From assembly GCF_009914755.1 (NCBI RefSeq), contig NC_060937.1: a stretch of DNA of 64,000 nucleotides, one strand, 5' to 3'. The notes beneath the pieces were generated by a model. The model was not told the origin of the DNA, did not search any database, and was given only the letters and a program-made list of their open reading frames with translations. How positions within the stretch are numbered: position 1 is the stretch's first letter; the number at the start of each line of letters is the position of its first letter. Shown here in pieces: positions 40,085-56,153 of this stretch. This stretch comes from the human T2T-CHM13v2.0 reference genome, Homo sapiens. The translations under genes and the position numbers were made by a program.

Positions 40085-42660
40085 TTCATTCAATAAATGT
40101 GTATCCTGCATTTACTATATACGGCATGCATTATTCTTGGTACTTGGGATACCTTGTTAAACAAAACAGTAATCCCTGCCATCATGGAGTTTATATTTTT
40201 AAAGGATATCTGTGAGATGTATATTGTATTTTAAAAGGGAAAACAATAGCAAATCATGTAGTGTGACAAAAGTTGATAATTGTAATAGAAAAAAGAAAAA
40301 AATAGTTCAAGATAAGGTGAATTGAGTGCTATATGGAGAGCAGGGAAGAGAGCATTGTCAGAATTCTGTAAGGTTGGCTAGTAGGTCTCATTAAACAGCT
40401 TAGAAGTTTACAAAGCCTTGAGGAAGTGAGAGAGAGAACAAGGCTGTCTTCCTTGAGACAGCTCAGGGAAGAGCTTCTAGGTAGCAAGAACAGCCAATGC
40501 AAAGGCAGGGGGGTACTTTGGTATTTGTGGAACAGTGAGGAGGGCAATATGACTGGTATGCTTGAAGGGTGGAGGAGGATAGTTGTAGTTAAGATCAGAG
40601 AGGTAATGAGTCTGTTGAGGTCATCATACAGACTTTGATTTTAACCTTAAGTGAAATGAAAAGTTGCAGGATTTTGGAAAGAGGTCTGACATGATCTGAC
40701 ATGTACAGTTGACTGTTGAACAACATGGGTTTGAACTGTGTAGGTTTATTTACACATAGATTTTTTTTTTCAGTAGATATACTGGAAAATTTTTTGGAGG
40801 TTTGTGACACTCGCAGATGAACTATGTAGCCTAGAAATATAGAAAAAATCAAGAAAAAGTTATGTAATGAATGCATAAAATATATGTAGGTACTATATTT
40901 TATCATTTACTACCATAAAATGTACACAAATCTATTATCAAAAGTTAAAATTTATCAAAGCATGCATACACAGACCTTACATGGTGCTATTTTCAGTAGA
41001 GAGAAATGTAAACAAACGTAAAGATGCAGTATTAAATCATAACTGCATAAAATTAGCTGTAGTACATACTTTACTACTGTAATAATTTCTTAGCCTCCTC
41101 CTGGCTATTCTGGTAAACTCAAGTGTTTGGGATATCTGCTTAAAACGCTGTATGATGCTAATCATCCCCACATGAGCAGTTCTCCAGTAAAATGTGAATC
41201 ACAATAAAAAGTGATTTCTCGCAGTTCTGGCATATTATTTTTCATCATGTTTAGTGCAGAACTGTAAGCCTTGAATAACACCATGGGAACCATATGAAGT
41301 GTCACCAGTGATGCTGGAAGAGCTCTCAAGCAGCAGAGAAAATTTATGACATTGTAAGAAAAAGTTAATGGGTTGCCTACCATTTTGGACAGACCATTAA
41401 TTTTGTAAACAAATTATGTAAAACTTAGAGCATCCATAATACAGTACAGTTATGTAAATGTATTTTCTTAGGATTTTTAAAAAATGTTCTTTTCTCTAGC
41501 TTTTATTGTAAGAATACAGTATATAATACATATAACATACAAAATATGTACTAATAGACTATGTTATACTAAGGCTTCCAGTCAACAGTAGGCTATCTGT
41601 AGTTAAGTTTTCAGTGAGTCAAAAGTTACACATGGATTTTTTTTTTGACTGTATGGGAGTTGGTACCCCAACCCCTGTATCGTCCAAGGGTCAAGTCTAT
41701 TTAAGGTATCATTCTGGCTGGTACATAGTAGACCGTCAACAAATGTTTTCTTTATTGAATTTCTTTTTAATGAGTATTTTAAAACCTTCCTGTTGTCCTG
41801 GATAATGTTTTTTAAAGAAAGTTCTCTCCTGAGAATAGACTGTAGAGCTATAAGGATGGAAACAAAGAGACTTGTTAAGAGGCTGTTGTAATCTAGGGGA
41901 GAGATTATTGTGTTTCAGATCTAGATGGTAGCAGGGGAAGTGGTAGATTCTGGATTTATTTTAAAGTAGAGCCAATAGAAAAAAGGTAGAGTCATGAATT
42001 GGATGGAGGATGTTAAAGAAAGATAGGAGTCAAATTAACTCTAAAAAATGTTAGTTTGAATAACTGGAAGGATAGATTTCTGTTCAGCTGAGATAGGTAG
42101 GTTGTGAATGAGGCCGACTTGAGTGCAAAAGAGTGTGGATCTTAGACATGTTGAGTTTGAGAGATCTGTTAGATGTACAGTCAAAGGTATGTGGATATAC
42201 AGGTGTGAACTTTAGAAGATAAGCATTCAAGAGTCATCAGCATAAAGACGATATTTAAAGCCAGGATGAGATTACCAAAGGAGAGTGAGTGTAGGGAAGA
42301 GAAGGAAGACCACAGCTTGAGCTCCAGGGCACTTCAACATTGAAATGTGGGAGAGAGAAGGAGGAGTTACCAGTGAAATAGGGAAATTAAGAGAATTTTA
42401 TGTCCAGGAAATCAAAGGGCAAAAGTTTGTCAAGGAAAAGAGAGTGATCAGCTGTTTCAAATGCTGTTGATAGGTACAGTTAGATGAAGACTAAGAATTG
42501 ACATTGTATTTAACAAGGTCATTGAAAACCTTGTCAAGAGTAGTTCTGGAGGAGGGATAGGGTCAGCAGTTTGATTACAGTGTTTGAGAGTGAATGGAGG
42601 AAATAAACTGGACATAGAGTATAGACAACTCTTTCTGAGTAATACTACTGTATAGAGGAA
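40085..42660. mobile_element. L2 remnant interrupted by Tigger2
   Basis: L2-like sequence on both sides of 40706-41697. Confidence 0.65.
40706..41697. mobile_element. Tigger2b-like TcMar element (~1 kb, internally deleted)
   Basis: TA|CAGTTGACTGTTGAACAACA ... TCCAAGGGTCAAGTC|TA terminal inverted repeats. Confidence 0.85.
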
Positions 42661-43671
42661 CAAAGAGAGTTGGCAATTACAGGAAACATGGAGCCAGGGA
42701 AGGCTTGTTTTTTTTTTGTTTTTTTGTTTTGTTTTTTGTTTTTTGTTTTTTTCCTTAAGAGAGATGACAGCTGTTGTATTTAAAATCACATTGTAACCAT
42801 AAAAATTTTCTCATTGTCGACAACGGTAGAAGGACATTCATGTAATTGTTAACCAACAGTGTAGGTAGTACTGTTGGATACCCAGTTATAGTTATGTTTA
42901 AGGCTCCCCACTTTAGTGCTATCCGTGTAATAAAAAGAGTCATGTATATTTGGGGTATTGCCAATAGTATGTGTTTCTGTGATTATGATATTTGGGGAAA
43001 CTACTAGAACAGAGGGATGTTTGTTGATTGAATTACTCCTGATTAGTTCTGTGGGACTTTCTTAATATCTAAATAGTGGTTTAAAGAATAATAATTTAGT
43101 AAAGTGAGATAATTTATCTCTTAATAGCTAGAGTTTTAATTATGTCACAAAAAGTTGAGTTTCGATTTAAAAAACAACTGAAGAATATATTTATAAGTGA
43201 GTAAGGAAGATAGAGAATGTTATGACCACTAGAGGAGGGTTTACAAAAAGATCTGGGTTATTTAAATGAGGCTGGGGGAGGTTGAAGAGGTGATTGGACA
43301 CTGTCAGGTTACTGAGGTTCAATTGTCATCAGTGAGAACCATTGTCTCTAGACTTTTAAAACTAATCACAAACCCCTAATTTATGAAAGTGCTAAATGAA
43401 ATTGTCAGTTTTTCATTTGAAGTTTTCTGTTTTTTCTTCTGTTACTTGGAATGTTCTTATCTGAGTGTTTTTTGCCCAGTGGTATTTCATGTTTCTTTCC
43501 TCTTCAGTCTGTGGGCTGCATATATATACTTATTGTTGGCCTGAAGCAGACAATAAAAACAGAGAAATGCCCATCATATCCAAAGGAAGTAGCAAGAAAA
43601 TTTCGACTTTTCCAATGGTGTCATTAATTTTAAGTTTCTTGACCCAAAAGAGTAAATTTTCCTCTTAACTA

Positions 43672-44249
43672 TAGTGGGAGAAAAAATAATATATTTTCCT
43701 CACCCATTGCAAGGTTTATGGCTGAGACTCCAATAATAAAAGAGTAATAAGAGAAAAGCATAACAAATTTATGTATAATTTATATGTATAATTTAATATA
43801 AATTTTATGTGACATGGGAACCTTCAGAAATGAAGACTAAAAGACCCAGGGAAAATGTATTTTTGTGGATTGTCATGCATAAGTATGATTGGAAGACAAA
43901 AGTGTATGATCTGATGGTAATCAACTGGGAGAATTTAGCAAGGCTTGTTTGTTCACATTCTTCTTGGGCTGTCTGTGACATTCCTTCCCATTAGGTATAG
44001 GGCAGGACGCCTGTCACCTTAGGGGAGAGGGGAGGGAGAAAGAGAGTGGCCTTCCTAGGTTTGATGACCTGCTTCAAGGGAGAAAGAGGCAAGGGGAATT
44101 TTCATTTATGTGGCCCACTTCAAGAGAGATGGGTTGGGAGAAGGTCAGGGAGACCCCCCTGTTTCTGCAGTTTTCTTAATTTCCTTCAGGTTAAAATACT
44201 CAGTATGCCAGGGTGCCATGTTTCGAGGTGTCTGTTCTAAGTCCTAACA
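43672..44249 (-). mobile_element. Probable ERV1-class solo LTR (MER39/MER34/MER21-like; family uncertain)
   Basis: ~580 bp block resembling the antisense of an LTR and ending ...CCTAACA. Confidence 0.55.
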
Positions 44250-44454
44250 GAGGAATTAATATTTTATTTTGTAGTGAACAAATTGAAAATATATCCAGTA
44301 AAAGTGTGTACACTGATTCTGTTTTCCTAAATTTGACAAATAAAAGGAAGTGTTACTTTGTTCAATAAGTGTTCAATAAGTAAGATACACTGCCATAGTA
44401 AGTTTCAGGACAAGGTCCATGATATATAGCTGCAACCACCATAAAGTTACTAAA

Positions 44455-44918
<464 letters not shown>

Positions 44919-45851
44919 TGAAGTTACTAACTTTTAATAAGACATGATCCAAATTTTTCATATGACATTATTCGAAAGATCTTCATAAAGTGATTCAACA
45001 AATATTTTATTCTTCAACTCATACTTATTTAAGGTTGGATATTTTAAGATAAACAACATTAGTCTTATTAATGACTTTATGTAATTTTAAAGTTGGATAC
45101 AATATAAGCTTTGGGGAAAAAAACATGACTAGATGGTATTCACCCAAGAATTTTAAGGGACTTAAAGGATGAACCTGAAACTGCAGCACATGTATAATAT
45201 TGCTATCAAACAGAGCACTTGAAGTAGGTGTAATTGCTTGAAAGCTGGTAAATTGCCTGCCTGAGTCTAGAAACTAAAGACCTCCACACTTAAAACTGAT
45301 AAAGCACTCTTTTATGCTTACTGAGCTTGTGTAATGCATGAAGATTAGGATCAGTGAATACTTAGGCAAGTTAAATACTTCCCCTTATGGGGGAAGGTCA
45401 ACAGAGTGGTACAAATGGACAAATTATATTTCACATATATATAAAGAGAAAATAGAGAACAAATTATATAGACTTTCAAAAAGCCATTGACAGGTTTTAA
45501 ATTCTAGCTTTTAAAAATTGGCAGGCTTTTAAAAAATTACAGTGAATAACATAACATTAAATTTAAGACTTTATTTTCATGTATACAATTCAGTAAAGAA
45601 TACTCACATTGTGCAACAGATCTCTAGTACTTTTGTATGTTGCAACACTGAAAACTACCCACTAGACACTGATTCTCCCTCTCCCCTCCCCCAGTCATTG
45701 GTAACCATTTTTTAACTTTGTTTCTATGATTTTGATTAGTTTAGATTCGTCATATGAGTAGAGTCCTACAGTATTTGCCCCTTTGTGATTGGTTTCAATT
45801 AGCATAATGCCCTCAGGGTTTATCCATGTTGTAGCATGTGACAGAATTTTC

Positions 45852-46461
45852 TTTTTTTTTTTTATTGTACTTTAAGTTCTGGGGTACATAGGCACAACGT
45901 GCAGGTAGTGTTACGTAGGTATACTCCTGCCATGGTGGTTTGCTGCACCCATCAACCCGTATCTACATTAGGTATTTCACCTAATGCTATCCCTCCCCTA
46001 GTCCCCCACCCCCTGATAGGCCCCAGTGTGTGATGTTCCTCTCCCTGGTCCAAGTGTTCTCATTGTTCACCTCCCACTTATGAGTGAAAACATGTGGTGT
46101 TTGGTTTTCTGTCCTTGTGATGGTTTGCGGAGAATGATGGTTTCCAGTTTCATCCATGTCCCTGCAAAGGACATTAACTCTTCCTTTTTTATGGCTGCAT
46201 AGTATTCCATGGTGTATATGTGCCACAGTATCTAGTCTATCATTGATGGGCATTTGGGTTGGTTCCAAGTCTTTGCTATTGTGAACAGTGCCACAATAAA
46301 CATGTGTGCATGTTTTTATAGTAGCATGATTTATAATCCTTTGGGTATATACCCAGTAATGGAATTGCTGGGTCAGATGGTATTTCTAGTTCTAGATCCT
46401 TGAGGAATCACCACACTGTCTTCCACAATTGTCTTTCACGGTCAGGTTGAACTAATTTACG
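45852..46461 (-). mobile_element. L1PA 3' end, 5'-truncated, inside an older L1M (about 45545-46570)
   Basis: Poly-T, ACTTTAAGTTCTGGGGTACAT..., reverse L1 ORF2 C-terminus/3'UTR. Confidence 0.93.
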
Positions 46462-46768
46462 CTTTTTTTTTTTTCTATTTTAAGGTTACATAATATTCCA
46501 TCGTGTGTATATACCACATTTGCTTTATCCATTCATCTATAAATAGATACCTGAATTGCTTCTACCTCTTGGGAGAAATGGGCAGACTTTGTAAGAAGTG
46601 TTATCATGAATTCTCAGGAAATTGTTTTCTCTTTAGTAGGTGAAGGATAAGAGCCAAAAAAAAAAAGGAATAAAAAGAACTAAATGAAAAACAAAAATAG
46701 AAGTATTCTTCAGATACAACTGTTAAATCCAATCTTATTCATTATTTAACATTTTAATACATTTATTG

Positions 46769-47191
<423 letters not shown>

Positions 47192-47289
47192 TTATAAATG
47201 AATGTGTTTTCTTTTTAATAACTATCAATCAGCTTATATTCCCAAAATTAGCATGTTCAAAATTGATCACCTGCCCCAGAGTGTAATTT

Positions 47290-48130
47290 TTTGCCATTTT
47301 ATTATAGAAATTTTCAAACGTAACTTGAATTTCACAATGACACCAGTATATTTATCAGTAAATTTATGCCATTAACATTTTTATTGTATTTGTCTTATCA
47401 AATACCTCTCCATCTATCCATCTGCCAGTCACATTTAATTTTATGGGAAAATGCTGAACTTTTTTTTCCATTTGTCAGTAATTTCTTCCTTTTCATTACT
47501 GAGTGGTATTACATTGAATGGCTCTAGTTATTTACCATTTAATGGGCATTTGAGTTATTTCCGATTCAGAGACTTTACAAACAAAGCTCTGAGAACATTT
47601 GAGTATGGTTTTTTGTGTGGACATGTTTTTGTTTCTCTTGAGTAAGTACTTAAGTGTGGAATTTTTTACTTCTAGAATTTCAGTTTGGTTATTTATTATA
47701 GCTTTTATTTCTCTATTTGTTTACTTATTATGAACATATTTTCCTTTACACCACTGAGAATTGTTAAAATAGGAGCTTTAAAATTCTTGTCTGCTAATTC
47801 CAAACACTGGGTCACCTTGGAGTTGATCTCTGTTGATTGTCTTTTCTTTTAGAAATGGGTCACATGTTCCTCTTTCTTCAGATGTCAAGTAACTTAAAAT
47901 TGTTTAGACCATCGAGTAAGTGTAGATGAGAACATTGTGAGTATTATGTTGTTGAGACTCTGCATTTTATGTACCTCTAAACGGTGGTGATGTTCTTGTT
48001 TTAGCAGGAAATTACTTGGTTGTACTCAAACAGCATACTCTGTCTATTGGGCAGGTGTTCAAATTTCAGTTCAATTTTTTTTGGTATTATTGGGGCTGCT
48101 CAGAGTCTGTCCTACACATATGTTGTTTAG
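47290..48130 (-). mobile_element. Old L1M fragments
   Basis: T-rich antisense L1-like sequence (TTTGTGTGGACATGTTTT..., CTGGGTCACCTTGGAGTTG). Confidence 0.55.
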
Positions 48131-49002
48131 AGGGTAGCCAGATACTTAAGCAGAAATTACCCAGAGAATTCAGTTTCCCCTCTCTGGCTATCTCTGAAAT
48201 TTCCTCCTCATTTAGAGCAGCTGCAGTTCCCATAAATACCAAAGATTTTCTCATGCACCTTGATCCATCCAACCTGGCACAGAATGGGACTGGCCTCAGG
48301 CTAAGGGCTACTAAACAAAAACAAAAAATACCAGGAAACTCACCTAAATGCTGAAAATGATAGCAATAATGACAACTCCATAGTGGTTTACTAAGAGAAA
48401 CTAAGGTATTTGTTAGGCATATCTCTGAGTTTTGAGACCAGCAATTAAGAAAACAAATTTTCCATTTTACTTAAAAAGTTTATTCTCTACAGAGAGTTCA
48501 TGAATCTGGAGAAAATAAAATTACTCTCAGTCTTTCCGTTTTACTTTATGGATCTTTCTTATCCAAAATGGTCTTAATTTTTTTCACCACTTGGGGGCAG
48601 TATATGTCCCTTTTTTTTTTTTTTTTTTTTTTTTTTAATTAAACCTGTTGGGGGCTATTTGGAAAATGTGATTATTTTTGAGCTAGAGACCCAAAGCTTT
48701 ACATTTAGTTACCTTATTTTCATTTATATTCATTATTTCATATAAAATGCCTGCAATCAATCACATAGTATCTTTTTCTAGTAAAATTTAATATATTTAG
48801 AACTTGGAGAATGGAGTATCAAAACAAAAATTTGTGTTCCATAATATGTATTCAGAGATGTCTCAGTTATTGCACTAATTTCATAATTATGCCTACCAGA
48901 AATATTGAGAATTTTTAATTCTGTTAAAACCAAAAACATTCAGGGTTTTAAATTCTGTTAAAGCCACATGAAATCATTAAAGCCACACAATTACACAGTT
49001 AA

Positions 49003-49370
<368 letters not shown>

Positions 49371-50326
49371 TGACCTTTAAAAGGAAATTACTCTTTCTGA
49401 AGTGGCAGTTTTAGTGGATTTCTGGGATTTCCTTTTGTAATTTTTTCCAGATCTTTAGTTATTTGCAAATAACATCTAGATACTATTATAACACTGGAAA
49501 ATAGGGCTCATCTTTTACTTCAAGTCCGGAGTTTATTTAAAAGTGTCAGTAATGTAGTCTAATTCTGGCTTATTTTGAGTTACATTATGTATATGATCTT
49601 GTGTATGGTACTTTATGTTTATAAAAGTGCTTATAGATAACTTTATTTCCTATTTATGAATTTTCTCTATTAGCAGGTCAAAATTTTGGTTGATCACATG
49701 CAACTCAGCTATATGTTGCTGTTTTGCTATTATAGAGTTAGTTCAGCATGCTTTTTCATATCAAAAGGATGTGATGTTAGAGATACAGTGTAAGGCATTA
49801 GTGAATCTGCACTTAATAAAACTATTAAATTTCATGAGGAAATGGTGAAATATTTTTCTCTTATGAGAACTTTGGTAACTAGGAAGCAAGAAGAATTTTG
49901 TCAAGAGTACTTCCTTGTTTAGAAACATAGTTACATTCTTTAAAAAATTCTGCAAGATTATCTTGAGGTTCATCTTAAGTATTCATATGTAAGTAATTCA
50001 GTTAATTTTATTTGTATGAAAATGAGTTATTTCATTGATGAAACATATTTGTTTATTAAAGTTTTTATATTTTAGGGAGTGTTAACTGTTTTCTGAGATT
50101 TCTTTTTATCTTATCCAAGTGATGAGCTTAAAGTTTCTTTGTAAGGTACATATTTATGATGATACCCATCAGTTATAATTATCCTAGAATGCTTAACAAA
50201 TTAGTAAACAGTGATAGATTTGCCTCTTTATATTAAATTTAAAATGTATAAGCATTGCTTAAAATTTAGATTCATAGCCACCTGCATGGGTTCTATTTTG
50301 GTCTGAGGTGGAACTAAGAACCTCAA

Positions 50327-50628
50327 TTTTTTTTTTTTTTTTTGAGACGGAGTCTCGTTCTGTTGCCCAGGCTGGAGTGCCTTGGCACAATATAGGCTTA
50401 CTGCAAGCTCCGCCCCCCAGGTTCACACCATTCTCCTGCCTCAGCCTCCCGAGTAGCTGGGACTACAGGTGCACGCTGCCACTCCCGGCTAATTTTTTGT
50501 ATATCTTTTTAGTAGAGACAGGGTTTCACTGTGTTAGCCAGGATGGTCTTGATCTCCTGACCTCGTGATCTGCCCACCTTGGCTTCCCAAAGTGCTGGGA
50601 TTATAGGCGTGAGCCACCGCACCCAGCC
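50327..50628 (-). mobile_element. Alu (AluY-like)
   Basis: TSD AGAACCTCAATTTTT; GCAAGCTCCG diagnostic. Confidence 0.95.
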
Positions 50629-50789
50629 AGAACCTCAATTTTTAATAAACAACCCAAGATTCTAATGTGGCGGGTTCATGGACACTGACCACAAATCATT
50701 TTTTAAGCTATTTTTGTTAACTTATTAATTGAGATTTAAAAATAACTTTGAATTTTTAATTACATTTCCTGATTTGAAATTTATATATT

Positions 50790-51144
<355 letters not shown>

Positions 51145-51926
51145 TTAATATATTTAACATATTCAAGAATATAATTGAAGTCATACACTATTACGTTACA
51201 ACTTGGACTTACTAAAATCCCTCTCTTGCCTATACCTCTAAAACCTCTAAAAAATTGCTCCTTCACAAACCTGTTAAGTTTTTACAAATAATACAAATGG
51301 CTTACGATAAAAGTGCATGAGGGAAAAAAAATTCATGGGAAAGCTAAAATGAATGCAATTTTAAGTACGACATAATTGGGAAGAAGTTTCATTTAGCTGA
51401 TTGTTTTATACATGCTGTATGAAGAGACATAATCTTTTAAAGAGTCATAAGACTTTTTTTTCCCTTTGCTACTGTGTGTATAATCTTTAGTAAATCTAGG
51501 AACTTGTAAATTTTAGGGGCAAGTTTTGAGGGGCTTATTGGGTTTTGAGATGAAATTTTGAACCCAGTGGCCAAAAGGATGTATCACTACATGATGGCAC
51601 GGGAAAACTCAGGAGGGACCTTACCAAATACCTTGGTTTAAATCCAGAGATACCATGATAACTTCGTTCTCTTGATCTGCATAGTGTTTCTAAGCCAGAT
51701 TCCACAGATATGTTTTGGAGTATCTAAGAGTTCTTTTTGATAATTTTTAACTTTATGATTTAATTTTTTTAATGACCTCAGAAATTAACAGATGCATATG
51801 ATGGTTCATCTGAATGAATAATTTATAATAGAGTACTATCACTATGATGTCATTGCCCATGTTTGCATTTAATTTTGTCATGGCATTAGCACCACAGATC
51901 ACAGTTTAAAAAAACAGTAGTCAACT

Positions 51927-52460
<534 letters not shown>

Positions 52461-52869
52461 TAGCCATCAACTTAATTTGTAAGATAGGTATTTCAGCCAA
52501 ATAAAGGCCAGGTGCTATCATGCATCACTGTATGAATAAAAGTTTCACAGTTCAAATAGAGAAAAATGATGACAATATAGAGTTGTCACACCACTGAGCA
52601 TAGTCATGCCAAACTCAAAGCTAAATGAACTCCTACTTATTTTACTATTTTAAGGTTAAATTATATAGTCAACATTAACTACTGAATAGAATAAGCATTG
52701 CTGTTTAGGCTTAGTTGAAAGGAGGAAGTAAAGGGATTCTAGGAGATGAAAATGTGAATGCATGTCATTTTTCCTTTCTTTTCCAGTTCAAAGTATCCCT
52801 CTCTCAGCTGTCTTCTGGCAGGCAGCTGGATCTGAGTGGAAGTCTTGAGCTTTGGGAAAGCTAGTGTTC

Positions 52870-53338
52870 CAGTTACGTATTGCTGCATAACAAATCACCC
52901 TAAAACTTGCTGTCTCACAATAATTTATTATTTGTCACAGCTCTGAAGGTTGATAGGTTCAGCTGAGTTTTTCTTACCTCACTGAGGCTGGGGTCATCTG
53001 AAGTCTTCTTTAGTCACCAGTTTGGAGCCAGGATGATATGACCAAAACATTACTCCCTTTTGCACTTGGCCTCTTCATGTGATTAGTTTAGGCATCCTTC
53101 AACATGGCAGTCTCACAGCATGGCAGCTGGCCACCTCCAAAGCAAATATTCAAGAAACTCAGGCGAAACTTAAAGACTTCTTAGGATGTAACTTCAAAAT
53201 CCCAGAAAATTGCTTCTCCCACATGCTTTTGGTTAAGCAGATCATTAAGAGGAATGGACCCACTTCTTAATCAGAAAATAGCTTCCTGCATACAAGGGAA
53301 GAAATTGATAGAGACCGTCTTGGAGATAAGCTACCAAA
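52870..53338. mobile_element. MLT-type LTR (old)
   Basis: TATTGCTGCATAACAAATCACCCTAAAACTT...CTTGGAGATAAGCTACCA. Confidence 0.65.
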
Positions 53339-53633
53339 ATTTGAGATTTCTCTCCCCTGACTTGAGTGAAAGCCTAGAAATAGTGTGAGAGAACCCTGAG
53401 CAAGAGCAGAACAGATTGTCGGCAGAGCTCGGCCTATAAAAATCTATGGATTACTCCCTTCACTCCTCACCCCAAATAAGGTGGATAAAGTCTCCTTTGC
53501 CTCCACTAGGTGAGGGAATCGATGTACAGTGTTCTGTTAAAAGAAAGACTCTTATTATGACCTTCAAACCAAGCCCAGCTCTATTTGTTTATAGGAAATA
53601 TGCTTAATGAAAATTGATAAAGATTGAAAAATG

Positions 53634-53931
<298 letters not shown>

Positions 53932-54059
53932 GATTGAAAAATAATTACTTAAATAATTTTTAAGTAAAAAATTATATAATAAATTTTAAGTACAGATTAT
54001 ATAGTTTCTATTTTTTATCATAATTTAGTGAAACCAGAGATTAAAGATGAGGAGGAATA

Positions 54060-54800
54060 AACTTACTTGGCAATTAGAAACGTATCTTTTGGATTAAAGA
54101 GCAAAGAAAAACTGAAATAAAACAATGAAAATGAGAACATTTTTATATCAAAATTCTTAGACACATTTAAAGCTATGCCAAAGGAAAATCTGTAGCCGGA
54201 AATGCCTTTATTATTTAAAAAAAAAGATGAAAAATAAATACATGTAGTACTCATCTTGAGAAAGCTGGAAAAAGATGAGTAGAAATAAGGTGTTTGGAAT
54301 TAACTGACATGAAGTAAGGGAAAATACATACAGTTCTATGGCAGTAAGCTTGAAAACAAAAAGGAAAGTGAACTGTGCCAACAAAATATAGATTACTAAA
54401 ATTGACAGAAGTGAGAACTTGATTTAGAACAGTTACCATAGAGGTATTACAAAAATAAGTAAAAGTGTACAACTGATAAAATTACCAACAGGTTCACAGA
54501 TAGATTACTGCAAATGGGTTCACAGTTGATTTAGAAAAAGACAGCTAGTTCCACTTACTTATACTATACCCACTATTGAAAAAGAAAGTTCTGAGAAAGA
54601 GACTACAAAAGCAAAATAAAACATTTAGGCCAATTTTGCTTATTACTACAGATGTAAAAATTTGAAATAAAATGTTAAATGAATTTTACCATTGTATCAA
54701 AAGAATAATACTTTATGATTAAACAGAGTATATTCCAGCACAGAAGGAATAATCCATTGCATCAGCAAATTCATGGAGAATAGCTTCATGAACACATTAA
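54060..54800 (+). mobile_element. Very old L1 ORF2 remnant
   Basis: A-rich; CAGATGTAAAAATTTGAAATAAAATGTTA resembles the L1 DAKILNKIL region. Confidence 0.5.
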
Positions 54801-55157
54801 CGTATCAGATGCAACAGCAATTAGTGTTGAACACTTAAGATTTTATCGCTTTCTTCATATGAGTTTGTTACCTTGTGAATGAAATATGTTCCCCCACCGT
54901 TCATCTCTAGCAAGAAAAGAAATTGATTCATTTGAAGAAAACTATAAAATCTTGGAACATGGAAGCATCATACCTTAAGTAAGACAAGCTCATTAAAATA
55001 GCAATTTTTATGATTAACATATTAATCAAATGTAGTTCAGTTATAGTCTCCTTTTTTTCCTGATAATTTGCAGGGGTTGTTGGAGGGAGGAAGTGTGGTA
55101 CAGGACTTTATCCTTTCCATCACCTGTGTTAATACTTTTTAATTGTTATTGATCTAT

Positions 55158-55303
55158 ATTTCCAGACAAGGTCTCAGTCTGTCATTCAGGCTGGAGTGCA
55201 GTGGCATGATCACACCTCACTGCAGCCTTGAAGTCCTAGGCTTAAGCCATTCTCCCACATCAGCCGCTTGAGTAGCTGGGAGTACAGGCATGCACCATCA
55301 CAC
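55158..55303 (-). mobile_element. Alu monomer (FRAM/AluJ right arm)
   Basis: Reverse right arm, TGTTAATACT at both flanks. Confidence 0.85.
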
Positions 55304-55840
55304 TGTTAATACTGTTAAGGCTTATCTCAATTATTCAAAAGGCATGAGAATCCATACTTTTCTTGCATTGATAAATTTGGGGGTTAATATGTGATACTTT
55401 TAAGATAATTTAGCAACTTGGTCTCTTTAACATTAAGATTCAAATTTGTTTGGTTCAATCATATTTGGGTCAATGCCTGTTGAGAAGCCAGTATTTCAAA
55501 TTTGTTACAGTAGTTTGCTGAATAAAATGTTGGGTATAAAAATTGCCTCCTAATACATCAGTGTAGCATTTTGCAATGGTGGGGTCTGCTAGACCCATTA
55601 GCTAGTGGGTGATGTCTTAATACTAGTAATAGAGTGTTATACTACAATAATAACCACATAAAAATAAATGAGCCAATGAATCAGTTAGTATACACACTCT
55701 GCAGAAGCATCAGGTAAGTCCAGAAAAGTTGACTTGCTAGAGCAAAAAGTAGGAGAGACAGAATCTGAACCCATGTTTGTTATTCCAATCTAGGGTCCAC
55801 CACATGTGATGAAAGTTACCTTTCCTCATTCTTGAGTTTT

Positions 55841-56153
<313 letters not shown>

